From Octopus vulgaris (Eukaryota), in contig OX597817.1 of assembly GCA_951406725.2 (NCBI GenBank), positions 45,818,001 to 45,882,000 of the forward strand: a stretch of DNA of 64,000 nucleotides. The letters are read 5' to 3'. The notes below the pieces were generated by a model, which saw only the letters and a list, made by a program, of their open reading frames with translations, did not search any database and had not been told where the DNA came from. This document shows, piece by piece, positions 54,532 to 64,000 of the stretch (position 1 is the first letter of the stretch; the number at the start of each line of letters is the position of its first letter). The position numbers were made by a program, and so were the translations under genes.

Positions 54532-54592
54532 ATTATAGACGAAAATTCGTTTCTTGATTAGAACCAGAGGTTCATTTCCTTGTCAATATAAT
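54532..54592 (-). ncRNA. Type-I hammerhead-like motif, U3-A8 variant, with a true stem III
   Basis: Minus strand: ATTATA-TTGACAA-ggaaat-GAACC(tct)GGTTC-taatcaa-GAAA-CGA(attt)TCG-TC-TATAAT. Stem I is 6 bp, the triplet is GUC, and the base of stem II is imperfect. Confidence 0.6.
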
Positions 54593-54801
54593 ATTTCCTA
54601 TAAATCTAGAAATGCTAGGGGAAAAAGAACTCACATACTATACCGGCTCGATCAGTATAGTATATATACATAGCTACATACATACACGCATAGATAGCTA
54701 GATAGATAGATACATACATACATATATACATACATACATACATACATGCATGCATGCATACATACATACATACATACATACATACATGCATGCATGCATA
54801 C

Positions 54802-54851
<50 letters not shown>

Positions 54852-54859
54852 TAGCTATA

Positions 54860-54945
<86 letters not shown>

Positions 54946-55487
54946 GCGGGTGTATGCACGTACAAGTAACTCTCTATATAAACACGAACACACAGACACA
55001 CACACGCGTGCATTCGTATATAATGTAAGTCCTCTCACAATTGCCCCACCTTAATCGCTTCTTTTGCTATATTTCGCTTCTAGTTTTATCTACTCGTAAT
55101 TTCGTTTGGTATCGAAGCAATTTCTTGGAGTTAATAGGGAATATTTAGTCTCTGTAGACTTCTAATCTCTTTTGTGCTGATATTTCGCACCGATCCACTC
55201 GTCTATTTGGATATCTGCTATACACTATTATTAAATATTTATCTTAATAGTTATTTCTCTTTCTCTCTTTTGTTTTGTTTTTTGCAAAACCAATCTCTCT
55301 TTGATTTACCATTTAACTGTCATATTATCAAACTATTTTCCAATTTAAACTTGAGAATTTTTTTGTAATTTTAGTTTTCCACATAACAACCAATATTGTG
55401 ACGCAGAGTCACTTATACTTTGCATAATACCGTGTCTTCATATCTTGGTTTTTTTTTAAAAAACAAACAACGACGGTGGGCAATATT

Positions 55488-55710
55488 CATTTCTTTATTG
55501 TCCACAAGAGGCTAAACATAGAGGGGACAAACAAGGACAGACAAAGGAATTAAGTCGATTACATCGACCCCAGTGCGTAACTGGCACTTATTTAATCGAC
55601 CCCGAAAGGATGAAAGGCAAAGTCGACCTTGGCGGAATTTGCACTCAGAACGTAACAGCAGACGAAATACGTTTAAGTATTTCGCTCAGCGTGCAAATGA
55701 TTCCGCCAAT
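55488..55710 (-). mobile_element. SINE group C
   Basis: cgaccccgaaaggatgaaaggcaaagtcgacc..ggcggaatttgcactcagaacgta. Confidence 0.85.
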
Positions 55711-56150
55711 TTCCAATGCAAAAGAGTGCAATCATGTAAACGCGAGATGATATTCTGTGACAGCTTCATCTTATGGATTTAAAATCTTGAGGTGTGGCCA
55801 TCTTATTTTAGGGATATAAATATTCTAATATGGTGAGTAAATGAAAGGAAAATAGATCTCCATTAGATGAGGATTCACCTCTATGATCAATTAAATGGCT
55901 GTTTATAAAGTAACAAGTTGCACAACATGTAAACATAAGCGTATTTCACAGCCAGAATCAACAATACAGAGTATGTAATAAGGCTGTACTTTTGCAATCC
56001 AAGTCTAATCTATGTAACCAGCTTCCATGCAATTTTTGTCTGCCTAATTTCATTCACAACTCTTGGGTTGACCCAAGGCAATATTAGAAGCCTTTTATTC
56101 GTGCTCCTACAACATTTCTCAACCATTCAATATTGCTAATACACATTTGT

Positions 56151-56469
56151 GGAGGCGCAATGTTCCAGTGGTTAGGGCAGCGGACTCGCGGTAGGAGGAT
56201 CGCGGTTTCGATTCCCAGACCGGGCATTGTGTGTGTTTATTGAACGAAAACACCGAAAAAATTCCACGAGGCTCCGGCAGGGGGTAGTGGCGACCCCTGT
56301 TGTACTCTTTCGCTCCAATTTTCTCTCACTATTTCTTCTTGTTTCTTGAGTAACGCTGCGACGGACTGGAGTCCCGTCTAGCTGGAGGGAACACATACGC
56401 CACAGAAACCGGGAAACCGGGCCCATGAGTCTGGATATGATTGAAAAAGGCGCATAAATACGAATAAAA
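56151..56469 (+). mobile_element. SINE group A, full length, with near-TSD
   Basis: A and B boxes are present. The flanks are aatacacattt (56138-56148) and aatacgcattt (56470-56480). Confidence 0.88.
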
Positions 56470-57658
56470 AATACGCATTTAGATAAGAGAGAGCAATATG
56501 GACTTATTATGCCAGTATTCATAGCTGAATCAGGAATTTCGTAAGATATGTGTTGGCAATATGGCATCAAAGCTGACTGTATTTAGAAATAAGATGTGGG
56601 TATTCAACCGATCTTGTTATGAGATTTTATAATGATAATTTATCTATTGCTGATCTAAATAAGTTGTCATCAAATTAAAAGTGATGCATAATAATTTTCC
56701 TGAAAGTTTCGGAATTATATCAGTAATAATATATTTTGAAATCTAGTTTGATACGTGATTTTATTATTATCTACCCAACATTTTATTATTTATTGATCAG
56801 TAAATATCATTTTGTTTTCTTCTATCCTCGATAAATGTTTAAACACTCTAAAGTAGATATGATACTTAAGTGTCATATCTGCTGAGCAAATGTGTGTGTG
56901 TGTGTGTGTGTATTTGTGCGCGTGTACAACAGTGTCTGCATATCTAAGCGCTTTGGGGCTCACTTTTAGAGCTATTCTCAGGCCATTTTGTAGATCACCC
57001 ATGCTATTTTTATGTTTAAAAAAATGTCGTATATTAAATGTTGAAAGGTTATGGAGACAGACTTTTCGTTACTACATTAAAGAGTTCCAGACGTGCATAT
57101 TTATTTCATTATATCAGAGAATCATATTTTATTACAAAATATTGACGAAAACTGATACAAGCTGGACACGATTTGAATTTGAATGTGAGAGTAACGCAAT
57201 TAAATCTAGCAAAGGAAGAACTCTCACAAATATAAAATTCATATAACAAATTACCTTCAAGTGAAAAGTAAATTCACATATATTTCCTGCATAAGCAATG
57301 TCTGTATTTCGAATTGGCAAATCGATACACGCAAATTTGAGTAACATACAGTTTGTGAGCGAGGTCTAGAACAGGAAACAATTAAGCAAAATATACCGCC
57401 ATGTAAAAATTTTGTCACCGGAGGCGTAAAACTATTGAAATTTGTGTCACAGTCTCTTTCGGAAAGCTCGGGATAAGTTTATCACACTTCCTGCTCTTCT
57501 CCCTTTTTCAGTATACACACACAACATACGCACCTAAATATGTATACGTGTGTGTATGTATATATATATTAATAATTTATCAATAGTAACCAAATGACAA
57601 GAAAAGAATGAATGAGACCTCGATATTATGGAAATAGAGGTATTTATCAATAAAGCTG

Positions 57659-57846
57659 TAATATAGGGCAATCTGTTAGTTACCATCATACCCAGAGTTT
57701 CAGATACCGGGGCTAAAAGACATCCTTATCAGTTATTAAAACAAAAACGAGCGTTTTTATTTTAATAACCGATGAGGATGTCTTTTAACCGTGGCATCTG
57801 GAAACCTGAGTATTACTATGACAACTAACTGATTTTCCTATTATAT
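57659..57846. repeat. Diverged palindrome carrying a hammerhead fold in each arm
   Basis: Centre aaaaacg-ag-cgttttt. The + arm 57763-57818 reads TAATAA-CCGATGA-GGATGTC..GGCATCT-gGAAA-C(ctga)G-TA-TTACTA. The - arm has CTGATAA..GAAA-CTCTGGG-TA. Confidence 0.75.
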
Positions 57847-57854
57847 ACTCTTTC

Positions 57855-58067
57855 TCTCTCTCTTTTACTCTTTTACTTGTTTCAGTCATTTGACTGCGGC
57901 CATGCTGGGGCACCACCTTTAGTCGAGCAAATCGACCCGGGACTTATTCTTTGTAAGCCCAGTACTTATTCTATCGGTCTCTTTTGCCGAACCGCTAAGT
58001 GACGGGGACGTAAACACACCAGCATCGGTTGTCAAGCAATGCTAGGGGGACAAACACAGACACACAA

Positions 58068-58104
<37 letters not shown>

Positions 58105-58137
58105 CATATATACGACAGGCTTCGTTCAGTTTCCGTC
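57855..58137 (-). mobile_element. SINE group B, 3' half (young, close to 35440-35690)
   Basis: Near-exact reverse complement of the 35440-35690 segment. Confidence 0.9.
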
Positions 58138-58324
58138 ACACAGCAACTATATATATACATATATATATATAGATTCAGATGAATATAGTTCTTAATTTAA
58201 GGCACCAGAATTTAGTATGGTATTATCCATACAATTTAAAATAAGGTGATTAAACTCAAAATAAGCAGCAAGGATATCCAGAGGTAATGCAGTACGATCG
58301 TACTGCTTATTTTGATATGTATAT

Positions 58325-58337
58325 ATATATATATCAC

Positions 58338-58415
<78 letters not shown>

Positions 58416-59220
58416 TCTGTTTTCTCTACGCACAGTCAAACGACTGGATTAATATGTACTAAATTTTTTTTTATAAGTTTTTTTATTACTGGTGCAATGT
58501 CTAGGGGGAGGGTCAAATATTCGCCCTTGGCCATATAGGAGTACATAGCCCCCACCCCCAGTAGACCGTTCCGATTTTTTTCAATGGATCCCTATATTTT
58601 CGATGCAAAAAAAAGCATGCAAAAAAAATCGTTTTCAAAATTTTAAATTCTTAATTTCTTTTCAATTATCTTTTTCAATCTACGTGGAAAAATACGGAGA
58701 TTAAAACACATTTTAATTTCAAATTTTCTATGAAGAATTCCAAAAACGATCCACACAACCCTCGCCTGCTGCCTAAAACTCAAAATGAAATACTAAAAAT
58801 GTCTGGAAAATCTCTATGTCTGGAAAATATGCTAAATGTCTGGAAAATCTTTATACCTGTGTGTGTGCGTGCAACAAGTTCTACAGCTTAAGCGAATGAA
58901 CAGAGAAAGTAAGCAGAATTATGTTTACATACTTGTCGTATATGTCGGTTTTGTTCTTTCGCTTTAAAGGTAAACGATTCGCATAGAAACAAACAAGATA
59001 TTGCATAATTCTTTGTCATACGTTTAGGTCCTCAACAGTTTTTTTTAAGTAAAGATTTTAATTGTGATACAAGCGGTTTCGACCTTATCGCCAGAATTAA
59101 TTTCTCTTGCAAAAGGGAAGGTGGCATTTTCTTCTTTTTATTTTTCAATATTTAATTTTTAAAACGAGGACTACACACGCGGATACACATGGACGAAGTC
59201 CAATTTAGGACGTAGGTTAA
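58325..59220 (+). mobile_element. Probable Helitron 5' non-coding region
   Basis: (TA)n-cactg-(TG)n-TTTGTCTG..CGCACAGTCAAACGACTGGA..AAATTT resembles Helitron 5' ends such as 9814. A RepHel relic lies downstream at 60400. The right boundary is uncertain. Confidence 0.4.
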
Positions 59221-59612
59221 AAATTTTATTATTTTGGAACGAAGGAACACAAGCATAGGTGGTGAGCCAGTGACTAAAATTGTGTGATATAATATTGTTT
59301 CAGTTTTATACTTTCACCTTGAATTCTAATGTGATGAAACTATTATATTGTTTCACTTTTATTCTTTTACTTTTAATTGTAATGGGATAACACTAAGATA
59401 ATCTTTTTTGTACAAATACCGTTCAATTACAATGTTAATAAGTATCGCATATATTTACATATACATATTAACGCTTAAATTAGTATTTGATATATGTGCT
59501 TAATATATATATATATATACTTGATAAGTGTAAGCATCTGTATATGCCAGATAGTGGCAGAGGTGAGTGAGTATGTATCAAATATAAATTAAAAACAGAA
59601 AATAAAAGATAT

Positions 59613-59705
59613 CACCGTACACGTGTTTCAAGCTTTATAAACAATCCGTTATTACATCAGTGTATTATTGATATAAAAGATGGTTTAAAGCTCTCTTCAG
59701 CCGCA
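59613..59705 (-). ncRNA. Type-I hammerhead, canonical core, long stem II, palindromic stem III
   Basis: Minus strand: tgcgG-CTGAAGA-GAGCTTTA..TAAAGCTT-GAAA-CACGTG-TA-Cggtg. Stem I has one mismatch. The motif lies about 95 bp from a (TA)n tract. Confidence 0.7.
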
Positions 59706-60399
59706 AAGATTACATCACAATATAAAAAATATAAAAAGTACATGTAATATTATCCATTATAATAGGTTTATCATATCTCCTTGAAAAAGAATATTCTTTT
59801 ACAACATGTAATTTTCTTTTAATTTCATTAAAACAATATAACACTTCATATACATAATCTTTCTATAATCAACTGTAGTACAGGGCATTTTATACCACGA
59901 CGACGAATTCATATTTTGTATATGAGTGTTATGTGTCTTTGAATGTATGTGTAGTTTTATGGATGTGTATGTCTATCTGATTCTGTGTGTGTGTGTTTCC
60001 AAGGTGGGTACGTCATTAAACACACAAACGCACACATCTACACATGCGTATACATATGTGGCGAGAACGACTGGAGGAGAAACACTTCACAAAAAATAAT
60101 TAGATGGCATGTCCAAGGTAATACAAAATACACAGCTGCCATTCAATTATCAGTTTATAATAATTGCAGCATTTGCAAGGTTGCCACGTAGTTACAATTT
60201 GCTGACATTTGATTAAGTTGCACTGTCTACGAAAATACAGATATGCTACATTCATACAGCTACTTAAAAAATAGAGATTAAAGTATATTTTTTCTATGTT
60301 CCTGATTTTTGGTTTAAAATACTGAAAAAGACTTTGCCACCATAGAAAAAATTAATCTCTCTAGAAATACCTATAAAGCGAGGAGGAGTGCAGAAAACC

Positions 60400-61030
60400 C
60401 AAAGCAAGAGTCTCCATAGATAAGGGACATGAGGCTTTCTCATAGTCAGCAAATACATGCTGCAGCACGTCAGATGGATTCGCAATACATAAGGGACATT
60501 GCACTTGCTGCTGTACGTCAAATACAGTATCAAGAGGGAAGGGAGTGTAGACTTTCACGACATCAGCAAAGGGATGCGGCAGAACGTGTGATGAAGTCTG
60601 AAGGCAGATGAGACTTTCTCAAGATCAGTAAAGACAAACTGCAGCACATCAAATAGTCTCAAGACAGAAGCGAGATGAGACTTACTCAAGACCAGCAAAG
60701 GTACACTGCAGCACGTCAGATGGAGTCTCAAGAGAGAAGGGAGATGAAACTTTTCCAAGGTCAGCAAAGGTATGCTACACCACTTAATGCTGAATCGTAA
60801 AAACAATGTTTAGCACGCCAGATTACACAGAGGTCCAATTGAATTGCTCTGAGAAACACGCCACGAACAATTTTATTTCTTCACAACACCTGGAGCTGAT
60901 TTTAGATATGATCCATCCCAATCTCAAATAAATGATGATTCTGTCCAATTTGCTCTGCTAAACTCAACTTGTCGTTTATGCAAAGCTTTACAATTTATTG
61001 TAGGAATGCTTTCTCGTCAATGCTGCACTT
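60400..61030 (+). mobile_element. Helitron RepHel N-terminal relic with 69-bp (23-aa) STPR-like repeats
   Basis: Repeats such as ESQERREMRLSQDQQRHAAARQM (consensus by eye), followed by FRYDP..LLNSTCRLCKALQF..QCC, with stops and frameshifts. Confidence 0.65.
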
Positions 61031-61088
61031 TCCCGTATAACCAGATTCAACATAACTGTAACACACACAGACACACACAGACACACGT

Positions 61089-61124
<36 letters not shown>

Positions 61125-61351
61125 GTATCAGTATACTTTACATTTAGGCCACTGATACTAAAAATTTCTAAAATTATTTCTTACCCTGATATTATTAATT
61201 ATTGATCATTTTTGGCAAATTTTCGAAGATTCGCCGGCATTATTTATATTTGCCGCCGAAAAAGAACCACACTCGCGCGGTGGTGTTGAAAAGTTACAAC
61301 ATATAGCCACGGGGCACATGCTCGATTGCCTCATATTTATATGTTGGCTTA

Positions 61352-61421
61352 CGTGTTGATGAAATCTCCGCCTGGCAAATTATTTTATTTGCTAATATAT
61401 AGCTAGAAACCATGGTCCAGG
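61352..61421 (+). ncRNA. Decayed hammerhead-like motif
   Basis: cgTG-TTGATGA..aGAAA-CCATGG-TC-CAgg. Stem III is the palindrome ACCATGGT and stem II is poorly paired at its base. Confidence 0.4.
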
Positions 61422-61654
61422 AGATAGATGAAAAATGTTTTTATTTTCATTCCCTTCGAAATTTATCCCTAACAGTGGTTTGGAATTTGGCTATTCCTTC
61501 TAGCGTGCTAGGTTTCCTATGATGGTTACCTCATATATTTAAATGTACACTTTATTCATATGAATAATAAAAAGTCTATTGACTACTTTTTCCACACGCA
61601 AGGCCACTGGGAGTAAACATTTCTAAAATGTTTTCTGACCTTGATATTATTAGT

Positions 61655-61697
<43 letters not shown>

Positions 61698-61846
61698 GGT
61701 TAAGTAATTGAGATTCTAGTGAATTCTAAAGAATTCACATGAATATGGTCCTTAACTAGGATGCACCGGATATCTATATGGTGTTAGCCATACGACAAGT
61801 GGGGTGATTATAAATAGGAAAAAAGCAACAAGAATGGATTAAAATC

Positions 61847-61930
61847 TCGGTACGATCGTTTCGTACGAGGACATCTTTAATAAGCTACAAAAGATGCAGT
61901 GAATACAGATGGCTCGTACTCGTCAGCCGA
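61847..61930 (-). ncRNA. Type-I hammerhead ribozyme, canonical core (mirror copy, stem I TCGG/CCGA)
   Basis: Reverse complement of 62355-62438 with a fully Watson-Crick stem I. Confidence 0.85.
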
Positions 61931-62354
61931 AAAAATATCAGAGAATTCCCAAACATCAAAAGGGGTAGATATAAAAGAGATTGTAGGATTAACTGCATTG
62001 AAGAAAGTTCGATTCATGGAGATCTGATGAAAGGTTTTAAACCTATAGAATTTATGCATGTCTACATATAGCTCATATTGAATATTTGATCAAGTTATAT
62101 GAAGAAATTTTCGGATACAGTCATGCAAAATTTCTTACTCGGATTTTCAGAAATTTTGCATGACTGTATCCGAAAATTTCTTCATATAACTTGATCAAAT
62201 ATTCAATATGAGCTATATGTAGACATGCATAAATTCAATAGGTTTTAAAACCTTTCATCAGATCTCCATGAATCGAACTTTCTTCAATGCAGTTAATCCT
62301 ACAATCTCTTTTATGTCTACCCCTTTTGATGTTTGGGAATTCTCTGATATTTTT

Positions 62355-62438
62355 TCGGCTGACGAGTACGAGCCATCTGTATTCACTGCATCTTTTGTAG
62401 CTTATTAAAGATGTCCTCGTACGAAACGATCGTACTGA
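62355..62438 (+). ncRNA. Type-I hammerhead ribozyme, canonical core
   Basis: TCGG-CTGACGA-GTACGAG..CTCGTAC-GAAA-CGATCG-TA-CTGA. Stem III is the palindrome ACGATCGT and the triplet is GUA. Confidence 0.85.
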
Positions 62439-62465
62439 GATTTTAATCCATTCTTGTTGCTTTTT

Positions 62466-62536
<71 letters not shown>

Positions 62537-62732
62537 GAGAGTTGCGTGTTTGTGTGTGTGTACCAAACTAGGTGATTGTGTTTCTTTAGTTATATTCTTA
62601 AATAAATAAATATGATTAACAGGAAATTTCGTCCATACAAGTTGTAAACCAACAGTTTTACATATCTGCCTCTATCTTTCTATACCAATTTATATCTGGA
62701 TCTATGTATCTGAATAGGTATGCATGTATATG

Positions 62733-62767
<35 letters not shown>

Positions 62768-63524
62768 ATGTGTGTGTGTGTGTCTGTGTGTGTGTGTGTG
62801 CGTGTGTGTAAGTATGTAAGCATATATAATTGTGTGGAAATATATATGCAAATAGTTACGTTAGATATGCAAGTGTACACTCTCATAACAGATATATAAA
62901 CACACATTCACACATACATGCGTCATATATCATATTATATACTACACACGTTTTGAAATATAAGCACAAAATGCACAATTTTTACATAACAAAATTATAT
63001 GTGAAATAATTTTCAACAGACTACCAAGAAACATACTCATATCTTGTAGCTTGTGCTTGTTTTATAGCAAGGTGTAATTTTCTTATGAGAAAGAGACAAT
63101 TAGCTGAGATGTCATCCGGCTGACGTCATATTGTTGAGAAAAGGCGATTTCGATCAATATACGAATGGCAGATGCAAACACTAAGATGTAATTACATCAT
63201 GTTCTATAAATAACGCTTGTGTCTTTCAGCTGCAAAACTAGCTTCATGTTTCTTTAATTCTACACAATATACTAACCCATAGGTTTTAAGCCAGATAATG
63301 TTCGGTAAAAACATGGCGAATTTATGTCTACGTCGCGACGTTACGTTCAGTAGCATTAATCTCATGGCAGTGTTAAGGAATGCAAACATGGTACAATATG
63401 TACAGTTGCATATACGGGTGTGCGTTCAATTGAAATGTTATTACACAATAACACTACATATGTAGTTATAAATGTATACACACACACTTTTACATATATA
63501 TATATACATGCTGGTCAAATTTAT

Positions 63525-63705
63525 AGGGAAACAAAGACTATCAGAAATGTAGGAAGAAGAAGCAGGTGTATTAGTTTGACGCTCGGGAAAAATGGAAAAG
63601 ACATTTACGTTTCGAGCTTACGGTCTTCGTCAGAAAGGAATAAGAGAAAATGTACAGAGGAAGAATGAGAAAAATGTTGTTGGGTTCAGTGGCCCAACAT
63701 GGCGA
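63525..63705 (-). mobile_element. PLE-type terminal repeat with a minimal hammerhead (63602-63637)
   Basis: Minus strand: CTTT-CTGACGA-a-GACC(gtaa)GCTC-GAAA-CG-TA-AATG. The flank TGACGCTCGGGAA resembles the 3217 family (GGACGCTCAGGAA). Confidence 0.6.
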
Positions 63706-63714
63706 ATGTATGTG

Positions 63715-63767
<53 letters not shown>

Positions 63768-63782
63768 TTATGTATATGTATG

Positions 63783-63827
<45 letters not shown>

Positions 63828-64000
63828 TTATAATTATGCTGCATTTATTTCTAAATGCTGTATTTGTTTTCCGTGAGAGTTTGGCGCGCTGTTGGTTGGG
63901 GCATTTGAATTATAACGTCGGATGTAATCAATTGAACCACACGCGTATTTATCGTTATGGTAAAATCTGGCGTGTGATTGAGTGGATTTCATCCAGATAG

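Larger units (their letters stand above)
61696..62470. mobile_element. Large palindromic non-coding element (about 320-bp arms, 13-bp spacer, about 120-bp one-sided extension) inside (TA)n
   Basis: Arms 61815-62135 and 62149-62470 differ at only about 5 positions by eye. (TA)n lies on both outer flanks. Confidence 0.88.

Overview
This is an AT-rich, microsatellite-dense eukaryotic window. The SINE and microsatellite landscape suggests a cephalopod (octopus-like) genome, which is an inference. No host protein-coding gene can be supported, and most ORFs in the track are translations of simple repeats. The window is a transposon graveyard: CR1-clade LINE 3' ends (1-1035, 24990-25660, 47609-47750), two convergent Neptune-type Penelope-like elements (PLEs; 1125-3158 + and 3217-5843 -), Helitron relics and one complete non-autonomous Helitron, Tc1/mariner/maT relics, and three tRNA-derived SINE groups. 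The most notable signal is a set of at least 15 type-I hammerhead-ribozyme folds, read by eye, in about 10 distinct PLE-derived or non-coding repeat families that mostly sit next to (TA)n tracts. Their catalytic cores show compensatory exchange of the 3-8 base pair (C3-G8, U3-A8 in three families, G3-C8 in one) plus a recurrent U4C variant. Most have a palindromic stem III, the dimer-type form. Several occur as large palindromes carrying one ribozyme on each strand (19071-19358 with a 10-bp TSD, 57659-57846, 61815-62470).
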